A stretch of 56,417 bases of DNA from a virus. Its lineage: Duplodnaviria; Caudoviricetes. The position numbers were made by a program, and so were the translations under genes. The stretch is from IMG/VR virus record IMGVR_UViG_3300049783_000966, positions 1 to 56,417 of that record; one strand, written 5' to 3'. Below, one piece after another: positions 37,302 to 46,938 of this stretch. Under the pieces are notes generated by a model. The model saw only the letters and a list, made by a program, of their open reading frames with translations. It ran no database searches and was not told where the DNA came from. Numbering within the stretch: position 1 is the first letter of the stretch; each line of letters begins with the position of its first letter.

Positions 37302-38021
37302 TTATCTCCGTTCAAATTCTTCGATTGCGCGGCGCAGATCTGCGTCACTCACATTGTGAAAACCTTCCCACTCTGCGCGTAGACCGGCCATTTTACCGGT
37401 CATCGTATCAGAGGATCTAAGTCGTTGGCGGGCTAGATGGTCGGCCATCTGTAATTGTGTTTGCTCATTGAAAACCACGTCATCGGCCAAGCCCAGCGCG
37501 TCTGCTGTGTTGCGCATCGTAGTGCCTACGATCTGAAATCGCCCCATGGGTGTGGCGACGCGTGCGCGCTGTCCATTTCTGTCCAATTCGCCGCGGACCC
37601 ACTGTCCATATTCGCCAGACGGGTTCGAGAAATCGCGCAGGTCGCCCAATGTCATCTGTGACACACGGGTATCTGCAAATTGTCCTCCATTGTTAGAGAA
37701 CCCAAACAATGTGTCATAGCCACCACCACCTTCGTGGTTGTCTACAAGATCCCAAAGACGGCTGGAACCTCGTGTCGATCCGCCGTGCCCTGAATCCGCG
37801 GCGTTAGGGTTAGGGCGCGTGCCAAGGCCGCTGCGTCCAGTATACGCATCGCGGTCCATGGGTTGATATTGTGGTTGATCATAAGCCCCAGCGGAAACGC
37901 GACTTTCTTCAATATCGAGCGCGCGATCTTGCTGACCGTACAAACGTTGGCGTTCATCCCGGTCTTTGCCATCCTGCAAAGAGTTACCAAGGCCACCAGC
38001 AAAGGCTCCAAGCGCACTCAT
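37302..38021 (-). CDS. Virion-associated lysozyme/transglycosylase (lambda-R-like fold) ejection protein
   Basis: HEGGGGYDTLFG...TPMGRFQI..TT...F...TQ...EW.GF. Confidence 0.75.
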   Translation of the reverse strand: MSALGAFAGGLGNSLQDGKDRDERQRLYGQQDRALDIEESRVSAGAYDQPQYQPMDRDAYTGRSGLGTRPNPNAADSGHGGSTRGSSRLWDLVDNHEGGGGYDTLFGFSNNGGQFADTRVSQMTLGDLRDFSNPSGEYGQWVRGELDRNGQRARVATPMGRFQIVGTTMRNTADALGLADDVVFNEQTQLQMADHLARQRLRSSDTMTGKMAGLRAEWEGFHNVSDADLRRAIEEFERR

Positions 38022-38938
38022 GCTGCTAACTGGTCAATTTTGGCATCAAGTTCTTTGATTGCGCCCAATGCCACGCCGGTAATGTCGATCAGGTCGATTG
38101 TTTTACCGTCGCCCATGCCAGTGGCTTTGGTAAAGTCTTGGGCATAGGTGCCAATATGCGACTTCTCGTCACCGGCACCCTTTTTATAGTCCCACTTCTC
38201 GACGCGCATTTTGCGAACAGCGCCCAGAACATCGTTTACGGGCTTTTTGTTTTCCTTGACGTTTTCATCAGACATGAGCGCATAACCGGCGAGAGTTCCC
38301 AAGCCTCCCCAAAGTTGGGTTGAAGAATCCTGATTGGCTTGCCATGTTTGCATTTGCTGATTGTGCATGCTGCCAAGGATGTTGGCTTGTCCTTGATAGC
38401 CAGCTGATGCGGCCGCAAAGCCTGAATTGCCGGATGCGGTGGCCATGCCAAGTGAAGTACCCGGATTGACCGCATATTTATTGCCAACGTTGATTGCATC
38501 AGCTTTGCGTCGATACCCATCGTCTTCAACCTTACGGGATGCCATGTTGCGTGCGCCTGCGACTGCGAGACCGGTATCTGTTGCTGTGCGGCGCGTACCC
38601 TCATCACTGCGCCCCGAACCCGGACGAACGCCCATAGCGGCCTGTTGGCGGGCGCGTTGGCCTGTAGCTGACTGCATGGACTGCTGGACATCAGCCTGCG
38701 CCTCATTGGACGCCTGATTACGTCGCTCGGCGGTGTCGTAAGTGGATGCCTCGTTAACAAAGGCCGTTTCCATAGGTTCGTATATTGTTTCCCAACGTTC
38801 GCGATCAGCGGCGGCCCACGCATTGGAAATTCCAGCTTGTTCTTTTGCAAACGCAAGGGCGTCCTGACCTGTCTGCGCAGTCATCGTAGCTGCGATGCCC
38901 TGTGCTGGGTCTGCTGTTGGTGCTGCTGATCCACCCAT
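38018..38938 (-). CDS. Ejection/pilot protein with a C-terminal peptidase S74 (ICA) domain
   Basis: Ala/Gln-rich body; SDENVKEN...W.YK....HIG..AQD. Confidence 0.75.
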   Translation of the reverse strand: MGGSAAPTADPAQGIAATMTAQTGQDALAFAKEQAGISNAWAAADRERWETIYEPMETAFVNEASTYDTAERRNQASNEAQADVQQSMQSATGQRARQQAAMGVRPGSGRSDEGTRRTATDTGLAVAGARNMASRKVEDDGYRRKADAINVGNKYAVNPGTSLGMATASGNSGFAAASAGYQGQANILGSMHNQQMQTWQANQDSSTQLWGGLGTLAGYALMSDENVKENKKPVNDVLGAVRKMRVEKWDYKKGAGDEKSHIGTYAQDFTKATGMGDGKTIDLIDITGVALGAIKELDAKIDQLAA

Positions 38939-38955
38939 GTCAGTCTCCTTGTTCG

Positions 38956-39441
38956 TTATACCGGCGAACGGTTTTCGTCGCGCTGATCGTTTATAGGAGA
39001 GGGTTCAAGCCAACGGCACATATTGCGCGTCATTGACATCGTGATAGCAGGCTCTTGCATCATTACGCCAGCCCCTACGACACCGGAGATAAGCGCGCCA
39101 CTTTTTAGGGCGATGATCTGGACGGGGACATTTGTGATTGCAATCGGGAAAATGAGTTGCGGATAACGACGATATTCAAACGCCACCTTGAATAGAGTTT
39201 TTAGAATTTGACTGGATGCCCAGCCAGTTTCTCCGCCAAAATGGATTTCAGCGCCAAGCGTTGTGGCTTTCTGCATGACCATCACGGCGATGAGCCTGTC
39301 CCCCTTGAGCACCCCGATTGCCTTGGCGTCAGGTGCCCAACCTTCTGATTTTGTCAGGACCAAGCCAGCGGCAAGCAGAGTATCTTGATTGGCGCGGGTG
39401 TATTTGGTGGGTTCTGTCATCGGGATCGCTGTATTTTCCAT
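38956..39441 (-). CDS. GNAT-like acetyltransferase (podovirus internal-virion cluster)
   Basis: EIH....WAS...LK.LF..AF...N......K.G pattern; synteny. Confidence 0.65.
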   Translation of the reverse strand: MENTAIPMTEPTKYTRANQDTLLAAGLVLTKSEGWAPDAKAIGVLKGDRLIAVMVMQKATTLGAEIHFGGETGWASSQILKTLFKVAFEYRRYPQLIFPIAITNVPVQIIALKSGALISGVVGAGVMMQEPAITMSMTRNMCRWLEPSPINDQRDENRSPV

Positions 39442-39486
39442 TGGCGGGCTCTTTTGTTGTGGAGAGTGTTATCGGTTATTACGGGT

Positions 39487-39888
39487 TTATGCACTAGAAT
39501 TAGCTTTGCTCCTAATAATCTCATCAATGGCCCTGTATCTGTCGCCAAAATGAAAAGATGACCAACCGAATGCTGCAACAGCGCCAAAGAAAACTACTGA
39601 CAGAAACAAGGCAAAAGGAACCTTCAAGGTGCTGCTCTGAGAGAGCGCGTCACGGGTCATCGCTTTGTAAAATTTCCAATCATACTCGAAACGGTGTTGC
39701 CACGTGAACCCTCGCGCATACCCAAAATCATGATGGCGCCATGACGCTTCCTTGAAAAACCAAGATGCAGTTTTCGTGATCACATTTCTGGCCCAATCAG
39801 GCAGCCATTCCGGCCCGACACCATTCCCAAAGAACAGTTTTTGGTCTTCTGTTAGATCCTCAAAGGATATTTTCACACTATCACCCAT
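39487..39888 (-). CDS. Phospholipase A2-like / DUF1353-like HD protein
   Basis: NGVGP.W...A...HDFGY...R...D..F. Confidence 0.55.
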   Translation of the reverse strand: MGDSVKISFEDLTEDQKLFFGNGVGPEWLPDWARNVITKTASWFFKEASWRHHDFGYARGFTWQHRFEYDWKFYKAMTRDALSQSSTLKVPFALFLSVVFFGAVAAFGWSSFHFGDRYRAIDEIIRSKANSSA

Positions 39889-40361
39889 AAAGCTGCGTCA
39901 TCCGGATCAGTCGTCTGCGGGTTCATTTCCTTGATGGCCCACGATAGCGCATAGATTTGCGACATAAAACTTGCGCCTTTAATCCATAGGTCAATGACTT
40001 GGGAAGGGGTTAAGGTGTGTTGTACATTGCTGCGATCTAGGAAATTTGTAGGCGTAGTGGATCCCATGCTGATTTGGATTTGCGCGGCAAAGGCCAGACC
40101 GTGAAGTGTTGCCTGATCTTCGGGTCGCCCCTGTAGGTCAACAAGACCATAGCCAGTCACATCGACGGTCGTGCCTGCGACAATCAGCTTGGCTCGTTTG
40201 GTGTTGACCGACTCTCTAAATTTCAGCGTGATTTCATCTATATCGTCATCCAACAAAACAGCGTATGATGCCAAGGGGTCGGTCATTGCGGATGTTTCGT
40301 TGGCCGCGCGAACAAGGTTTATCTGTACAGCACTGGCATTAAAGACTGCATAAGTTGGCAT
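39873..40361 (-). CDS. Tail fibre assembly protein (DUF4376-like)
   Basis: Follows the fibre gene; F.DR.N..H.LT..Q pattern. Confidence 0.7.
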   Translation of the reverse strand: MPTYAVFNASAVQINLVRAANETSAMTDPLASYAVLLDDDIDEITLKFRESVNTKRAKLIVAGTTVDVTGYGLVDLQGRPEDQATLHGLAFAAQIQISMGSTTPTNFLDRSNVQHTLTPSQVIDLWIKGASFMSQIYALSWAIKEMNPQTTDPDDAALWVIV

Positions 40362-42709
40362 TAAACGATACCTCTCTCGCCATAATACACCACAACTATA
40401 AGACCGGGACCACCTGCATTTCCAGTGGCATAGCTTGCGTTATCATCGTTGTTTATCCCACCCCTACCACCGACTGCATAGTCACCGTCTCCGGCAAAAT
40501 TACTGCCATTAAAACCTATAAATGCTGGCACTGCGCCCTGCATGGTTAGCAATCCGGCGTCCATTGGTCTCGTGACAGCATTGGGAATTATCATGCCATT
40601 AGGTCCGTCAATATCTGCGGAAGCCGCGCCAAAATCCATGCAGCCACCTACCGATATTTCATCACGGGCATCGGTATTACCCCCGCGACCGCCTGTATAA
40701 TTGAAGTTACCTCCCGTTGCGGCACCGCCTAATCCGCCAAGAGCACTAGGGGTGCCACTTGACAAGTCGGCGTTTCCACCACTTCCGCCAGAACACTGGA
40801 TATTAATGCCAGCGCCTACCATTGAGGTGTTGCCTCCGTCATTGCCACTTTTGAGAAAACGGTTGTTGTTTTCTAAAACTTGAGGGCCACCGGCACCAAT
40901 CGTTATAGTATAAAGTTCTGCCATATCAGGATCTTTTAGTAGCAGGCTTGCAAAACCGCCTCCACCACCGCCAGTTGCCGTAGGGCGTTGATCCCAAGAT
41001 TTTGCACAGGCTCCACCTCCACCAGCGCCTATTGCATAAATAATTGCGAACCCAGCATGCTTGAATTGGAACGTAGTAGTGTTTGCTGTTATACCTTCGG
41101 CGTCGATTGCGCCAAGTGGCGCTTTGACAGATCCCGCCTCAAACATCCTCGCAGTGATAAACCCGTCAGCGACCATGTTCCCTGTTATCAATAACTCATT
41201 AAATTGGGCATATCCTGTGTTGTCGATTCTCCAGCCTGCCGTATCTACAGCGTAATCGTCGCTTTGCAGCACAGCGTCCTTGAACAACAGCATGCCACCC
41301 TCGAACGTATATTGGTTGGCCGAAAACGTCAGGCCTGACACGGCGGTGCCGTTCAGATCATCCCACGCATATACCTCTAGGTAGGAACTGGCCCCACCAG
41401 CCACAACTTGCCATTGAAGCGTGGCGCCCAGCCCTGCGTCTATTGCTGCAACTGCCGTTGTGGTTTCCCTGACCCTCGCTTCCAATACAGTGATCGGAAC
41501 AACAGTGATTTTGTGGAAAACAATCTGCTTTGATACCGGCCCTGCAAAAAGAGACGTGCTGTCTGCCACAAGTGTGAGGTTGAATTCCTGCACCGCATTA
41601 TAAGCTAAGTCGGATGGTCGTTCTATGATGACATTGGCGGTATATCGACGTCCCGAGACAATATCGGCTGCGGGATCTGGCAGAATATCTTTAAGTGGGA
41701 CGTTGATTTGGACGCCTAGACCGTCTGATAGTTTCAACCAAGTGGCAAAGATGCCAGCGCCGTCAAGGCTTGCCCCAGACACCCAATCAAACTCTACCGT
41801 GACTGAATAGCCAGCGTGATGGTCGGATCCTATCCATGTGGCGGGTATGTCTGATGCCCATTGGATGCCGACCTCGGCCGCTACAGTGGAAGTAAGGTCA
41901 AAGTCGACGGATTGCCCATAGCTGTAGACGTCATTGACCCTGACAGTGCGCCCCGTGGCCACACCCCACGTATTGAACGTTCCTGCTTCAAAGAATGGGC
42001 TTTCAAGCACGTTTGCGCCTGACGTAAGAAGTTTTGCGGCAACGTCCGTAACGGCTACGGCAGCATTAAACGCATTTGACGCGCCTGACTCCGATGTTGC
42101 TGCTGCCTGTTGGCTGACACTTGCTTCACCAGCGGCCGTTTCGGCAGCCACCTTGTCACTTTGGGCAGCGGTAGCACTCGTTGCACTGCCTGTCGCGGAT
42201 GTTTCAGCCGCGGTCTGTGCTGTCGCGGCTGCGGATGCTGCACCAGCGGCAGCACTTTCGGAATCCGCGGCGGCTTGCGCAAAGGTTGCTGCTTGTGAGT
42301 TGGCCAATCCAGCGTCCGTTTGGCTTTGTGCTGCGGCGCCGGCCGATGTTGATGCGTTACCTGCTTCTGTCGCTGCGGTCTGTGCGGATTGTGCCGCTGC
42401 GTCGCGCGCTGTCTCTGCGGCTTCGGCAGCAACCAATGTAATTTCGTAATCGACGGCTAGTGAATTTGATAATGCCTCTAGGCGTGAAACTGTTGCTATA
42501 GGCTGGGTGACTTGACCGGGTGTGCTGGCGACCTCAATAAACGTTTCAATAAATGACGTTGAGGATCCTAATTGTTCAGCAAAAGTGACGGCCAGCGTTT
42601 TTTCATCACCAACGGTAAGTGCTTTTCCAGTACCATCGCCACGTATTCCCAATAACACTTCTAGGCGTTCAAGCGCAATTTCAAACCGCATTTCCAACGG
42701 GGTGGTCAC
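40361..42709 (-). CDS. Tail fibre protein
   Basis: Ala/Ser-rich coiled-coil shaft, carbohydrate-binding-like middle, glycine-rich C-terminal domain. Confidence 0.85.
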   Translation of the reverse strand: MTTPLEMRFEIALERLEVLLGIRGDGTGKALTVGDEKTLAVTFAEQLGSSTSFIETFIEVASTPGQVTQPIATVSRLEALSNSLAVDYEITLVAAEAAETARDAAAQSAQTAATEAGNASTSAGAAAQSQTDAGLANSQAATFAQAAADSESAAAGAASAAATAQTAAETSATGSATSATAAQSDKVAAETAAGEASVSQQAAATSESGASNAFNAAVAVTDVAAKLLTSGANVLESPFFEAGTFNTWGVATGRTVRVNDVYSYGQSVDFDLTSTVAAEVGIQWASDIPATWIGSDHHAGYSVTVEFDWVSGASLDGAGIFATWLKLSDGLGVQINVPLKDILPDPAADIVSGRRYTANVIIERPSDLAYNAVQEFNLTLVADSTSLFAGPVSKQIVFHKITVVPITVLEARVRETTTAVAAIDAGLGATLQWQVVAGGASSYLEVYAWDDLNGTAVSGLTFSANQYTFEGGMLLFKDAVLQSDDYAVDTAGWRIDNTGYAQFNELLITGNMVADGFITARMFEAGSVKAPLGAIDAEGITANTTTFQFKHAGFAIIYAIGAGGGGACAKSWDQRPTATGGGGGGFASLLLKDPDMAELYTITIGAGGPQVLENNNRFLKSGNDGGNTSMVGAGINIQCSGGSGGNADLSSGTPSALGGLGGAATGGNFNYTGGRGGNTDARDEISVGGCMDFGAASADIDGPNGMIIPNAVTRPMDAGLLTMQGAVPAFIGFNGSNFAGDGDYAVGGRGGINNDDNASYATGNAGGPGLIVVVYYGERGIV

Positions 42710-44400
42710 TGGACTATCTCGGTGTGCGATCCTGCGATGATGACGCGTTCTACCTTCATGTTGGTTAATATCTCAACGCGCCATTTTGTGTACATATTGT
42801 CCCCGGTAAGGCGCGACACGGCGTTGGGCTCGAACGTCTGTCCAACTAAAACGTCATCGCCATAAACATCAACGCGGAGATAGTCGTCACAACCAAGGGT
42901 TTGAGCATCTGCCTTGACGACACCGAACGATATAGGGTGGTCAAGCTGCAAGGTGCCGGATGTCCATTCCGCATATGTGTCGATTGGCTGTGAAGGGTCA
43001 TCGTAGGTTTTTACTGTCAGCCCATCGGCCTCAAGGTAGAAGATATTAGATGATGTGATGTCGAAAAACAGATCAATTGGATCAAAACCGGCTTCCTCAA
43101 TAAAGGGCTGTGCGCCGTTTGTGTTGAGAATAAAGACACCACTGGCAGTCTTGAACAGATACTTGCCGTCGATTTGTGCTGCGCGGATTGTTTCGGGCGC
43201 GAGGTTGACCCACTGGTTTCGAGTGTACAGGTTTGCAGTGACAATTTGTGGGCCCGCCTGCGACATTATCACGAGTCCGCGCTGTGATGCGTAGGCGGCG
43301 GCATATCCTAGATCCACTACAGATCGGGCGGATACGCAAGGCAGGTTCACTTCCATTTTTTGCATGACCATGCTGTCGGGGGTCTGGCCTTGCACCATGT
43401 AAGGATTGCCTGTGGTAAGAACGCACAACGTCATGCCGAACGCAGCGAGGCCAACAATATCATATTCCGTTGTCAGTTCGTATTTTAGCGGCCACGCGTG
43501 GGGAATGTATGGTTCACAGAACCGAAGTGACCGGCCATCAAAGGCGGCCATCATACCATTTGGAAGCGTCACAATTCCGCTCATAGTGTCGGATGGAAGG
43601 TCATAATCGCGCGATGTGATGAATTCACCTAATGGCACAGCGACAATGTCGTGGTTGTAGTTTGATTGAGCAACGGGAATTTCGACCACAAAATAGAGGT
43701 CTGTGACGCCCAGCGCAGAGGTTTGTGACCGGTACAGACGTATCCTATCGATATTGCGCCCTACGGACGGTTCAACAAAGCCTGTGACGGTCAATCCTTG
43801 GCCCGACTGCCAATTAATGTTGTCAGATAGTGCGCTGGGCGGCGATTCCTCGTCAAAGACGGTCACATAGGTGTATGCCGCTACGATCGATGTCAGCGCT
43901 GGGCTCGGATTTTCGTTCAGTGCGGTGGCTACGGGAAGAACCGCATCTACCGACGCCCCACCAGCTGCGGCAACCAAGCGATCATATTCGGCGGTTGCGG
44001 CTGTTTGTGCATCGGCGGCCGCGATAGATCCGACTGTTGATATATCGCCGGTGGCGGTGATTGTGAGTTGACCAACAGGCGCGGGCAACTTGAGGTCAAA
44101 CCGCCCTACGCCTTCCACAAACATGGATGGAACACCGTCACCCGTCAGATACAGGCGGTCGCTTGCAATAGGCCCCGGTGCGGCGTTCACATTACCAGCA
44201 AAACCGCGCCATGTGTCGTTGTGCAAAATGATGGTGGAAACAGCGTCCGAGAACGTGTGTGCGGTGGCACTGCCATTGATTGGCACAATGCAACCATCTT
44301 CAAAGCGGGCATTTTTGGCGGATGCCGCAACGCCTGGTGGGATATCTCGGGCGTTCAGCTTAGGAACGATGCCTTGGAATGATTGGAGTGTGACTTTCAT
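42706..44400 (-). CDS. Podovirus tail / head-closure (nozzle-like) protein
   Basis: F.GI.P..; YTYVT...EESPPS; FCEPY.PHAWP; LPCVS.RS. Confidence 0.8.
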   Translation of the reverse strand: MKVTLQSFQGIVPKLNARDIPPGVAASAKNARFEDGCIVPINGSATAHTFSDAVSTIILHNDTWRGFAGNVNAAPGPIASDRLYLTGDGVPSMFVEGVGRFDLKLPAPVGQLTITATGDISTVGSIAAADAQTAATAEYDRLVAAAGGASVDAVLPVATALNENPSPALTSIVAAYTYVTVFDEESPPSALSDNINWQSGQGLTVTGFVEPSVGRNIDRIRLYRSQTSALGVTDLYFVVEIPVAQSNYNHDIVAVPLGEFITSRDYDLPSDTMSGIVTLPNGMMAAFDGRSLRFCEPYIPHAWPLKYELTTEYDIVGLAAFGMTLCVLTTGNPYMVQGQTPDSMVMQKMEVNLPCVSARSVVDLGYAAAYASQRGLVIMSQAGPQIVTANLYTRNQWVNLAPETIRAAQIDGKYLFKTASGVFILNTNGAQPFIEEAGFDPIDLFFDITSSNIFYLEADGLTVKTYDDPSQPIDTYAEWTSGTLQLDHPISFGVVKADAQTLGCDDYLRVDVYGDDVLVGQTFEPNAVSRLTGDNMYTKWRVEILTNMKVERVIIAGSHTEIVQ

Positions 44401-44403
44401 GGC

Positions 44404-45054
44404 CTAGAACCATATCGTTTTGCTGCGCGTGCGTGGCCGTGTCTGGTTCTTAAATTCCGACGCGCTCAGGTTCGAGAGGGACTGGTTAAACATCGCGCTG
44501 TGGTAGGCGACAATCTCGGGGTTGGAGTATTCTTGATTGGGCATAGCAGAAATTGCAGCAATAGCGCCGTCTGCAATCACATCACCATGATTGCGGTGCA
44601 GGAAGTCGGGGACGCGATCATAGGCGTCCTGCATTGCGGTATCGCCTGCCATCGTGCCAAATGACTGGCCTTGGCGGGGCTTTAATGTGCAGCGGATCAC
44701 AAGTTCGCCCTCGGTATAGGGCGCGATGTGGATCTTGTCGGTCTCCGGCGTGGAATAGAAATACGGCGTGCCTACGTCCTCTTCACCAAATAGATCATCG
44801 TGAACGGCCGCAGTGAGCAACTGCCCCTCCCAAGTCACTAAGCGAATAGTGTGAAGTGCGGCATATGTGGGTATGTCGATAGCCGTTTCGGCCGCGACCA
44901 CTGATTGAGTGATGGTTTCGCGCCATAGCCTTGTGCGTTCGCAAAAAATAATAGCGGCTTGCCGGATCTGGTTGGTGATAACGATCTTTGGGCAGGCACC
45001 CACATAGGGCTGAACCAAGGGCAGGAACGCATCAAGGTGTATCGTGGTGGCCAT
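44404..45054 (-). CDS. Head-tail adaptor protein
   Basis: R.AAI.FCERT..WR motif; synteny. Confidence 0.75.
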   Translation of the reverse strand: MATTIHLDAFLPLVQPYVGACPKIVITNQIRQAAIIFCERTRLWRETITQSVVAAETAIDIPTYAALHTIRLVTWEGQLLTAAVHDDLFGEEDVGTPYFYSTPETDKIHIAPYTEGELVIRCTLKPRQGQSFGTMAGDTAMQDAYDRVPDFLHRNHGDVIADGAIAAISAMPNQEYSNPEIVAYHSAMFNQSLSNLSASEFKNQTRPRTRSKTIWF

Positions 45055-45065
45055 GATGAATTCCT

Positions 45066-45752
45066 CTATACGGTCGGATCAGGCGCGGGGATTTCCGGGC
45101 GAACGGTCTTTTCAGCTGATACCTCAACACCCATGCGCGTGGCAAACGCTTGATAGTGAAATGTGGCTCGGGCTGACATACCCGGCAGATCGATGTCTTT
45201 GTTGGTAGCGCGGAAACAGAGGTAGTCTACGAGTGCATCGCCTTCGGCATCCTGCAACGGGCTGTCTACAGCGGCATAGGATGCTAGATGGTTGGGGTTT
45301 TTGGGGTCTTCTACAATGACTGCAATGACGGTTTCGACCAAAGCGCGGATGGTGCCTGTGCCATCATTTGCCGGAAATACCATAAATGTTGTGATGTCGG
45401 CTTCGTCAACAATGACGTGATCGACAATTGCATGGGAACCAAGCGTGGCAGCGTTGCGCCAGTTTGGAATGTACGAGTCCAAAAGCTGAACGGACGTAGG
45501 TGTGATGGCTGGCCCGTTTACATTGCTTTCAAATTTCACGACACGTTTGATTGTGTCTGGGATGGCCTGCTCCACACCGGCCACAAGGGGTAGCGTGGAT
45601 CTGCGGATTGCAAGGTCGGGTTTTAAGGCTACTGCGGCGCGCACACCCTCATTTAACCATCCTACCAACTCGCTTACGGTCCAACGAACAGCGCGCCTAT
45701 CCTTTAGCAGGATAAGCGCGCTTTCGATGATGGCTGCGACTGTTTTGGTCAC
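45066..45752 (-). CDS. Head-tail adaptor (DUF6682-like)
   Basis: L.D...VRW...EL..WLNEG; ALVDYL.FRA..KD. Confidence 0.75.
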   Translation of the reverse strand: MTKTVAAIIESALILLKDRRAVRWTVSELVGWLNEGVRAAVALKPDLAIRRSTLPLVAGVEQAIPDTIKRVVKFESNVNGPAITPTSVQLLDSYIPNWRNAATLGSHAIVDHVIVDEADITTFMVFPANDGTGTIRALVETVIAVIVEDPKNPNHLASYAAVDSPLQDAEGDALVDYLCFRATNKDIDLPGMSARATFHYQAFATRMGVEVSAEKTVRPEIPAPDPTV

Positions 45753-45758
45753 GTTGAA

Positions 45759-46358
45759 TTACTCGCTCGTTCCGTTGGCTTCGTTGGCGAGTGCTTTCGC
45801 ATCCTCAACTTCTTTATCCATCAGTTGAAGTTGAGCGACGACTGCGGCTTCAATCGTTTGGCGTTTTGAATTGTGGTGCGGTTTTGTTTCCAAAAGTTCA
45901 AAGTGAGCCAAGGCGAGTTCTTCATCAGACAGGTTCTTTACATTGAATTCTGTCAGGACATCCAACTCGGTACCGGGATCCGGTTCAGGCTTGGGCTCCG
46001 TCTTGGTCGCTTCTTTAGGGGTTTTGGGGGTAAGGCCCTCTCCTTCCTCACCCCCAATTCCCTTACTGGCAGCAGCGTTGTCTCCGGGATGGGTGATCAA
46101 GGTGCTGTCGGTAAGGCTTGTATCATCATCGTCCTCATCGCCGTCTGGGGCGGCGTCTGGGTCAAACATAATGAAGGTGGGGATCTTGAGGAACATCTGG
46201 ATGTGTGTGGTGTCGGCACATTCACAAATATGTGCATCATCGGACTCTTTGGTCGGCCCAAATTGATAATCCTTGCCTCGGGGGCTTTTCGTGCTGGGTG
46301 GCATATTGATTAGGGTGCCACCAACACGGCGGATTGTGTGTTCAATTTTCAGTTTCAT
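45759..46358 (-). CDS. Hypothetical virion-cluster protein
   Basis: RBS CAGGAG; I.R.GGT...Y.F.P...H.C....HI..FL.I. Confidence 0.7.
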   Translation of the reverse strand: MKLKIEHTIRRVGGTLINMPPSTKSPRGKDYQFGPTKESDDAHICECADTTHIQMFLKIPTFIMFDPDAAPDGDEDDDDTSLTDSTLITHPGDNAAASKGIGGEEGEGLTPKTPKEATKTEPKPEPDPGTELDVLTEFNVKNLSDEELALAHFELLETKPHHNSKRQTIEAAVVAQLQLMDKEVEDAKALANEANGTSE

Positions 46359-46419
46359 CGGTCTTCTCCTGTGGAGGGTGAGGGAAAGGTGAGAGGGTAA
46401 GAGGGTATCGCCCTATTTT

Positions 46420-46848
46420 TTAGGCGATATATTTGATGGTCAGCGTGACGTACTTTGTGCCAGCGGCTTCACCAGCAACCAGTTTGACACCAATACCGCG
46501 GGCAGTGTCGCTGGGCGGAATGGCGGCGGCAGCGATACCGTCAAGTGTTTGAACGGCATTACGGGCTACGCCGTCAAACAGTTCATCAGCAGATGTGCGG
46601 GTGTCGCTTGCATCTTTGTAGACGCCAGTGACAAAACCGACATCAAAGGTTGCTGCTACAGCATCGGTAAACACTTCTGCGCCGACAAGTTGGCATCCAC
46701 CCGGCAGCGCGCCGATTTCAACGATATCAGTGCCATCATTAGTGGCAGCGCTGTAAATGTGGGTGAAGGTTGCGGAATGGACAGCCCCGGCTGTTTGCGG
46801 GACGGGAATGCTTTGGGTTTTGACGTTCTTGGCGATAAATAGGGTCAT
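46420..46848 (-). CDS. Capsid decoration/cement protein
   Basis: Directly after the MCP; D.VEIG.LP.G motif. Confidence 0.7.
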   Translation of the reverse strand: MTLFIAKNVKTQSIPVPQTAGAVHSATFTHIYSAATNDGTDIVEIGALPGGCQLVGAEVFTDAVAATFDVGFVTGVYKDASDTRTSADELFDGVARNAVQTLDGIAAAAIPPSDTARGIGVKLVAGEAAGTKYVTLTIKYIA

Positions 46849-46905
46849 GACGTGGTTTCCAGTTCAGTAAATGGGTTTTGACAGGGATCAGGATCAGAAA
46901 GTAGT

Positions 46906-46930
46906 GCGGGGCCCTAGAGGAGAGCCCCGC
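46906..46930 (-). terminator. Putative terminator after the MCP
   Basis: gcggggc...gccccgc stem followed by actacttt on the minus strand. Confidence 0.55.
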
Positions 46931-46938
46931 CTAATTGC

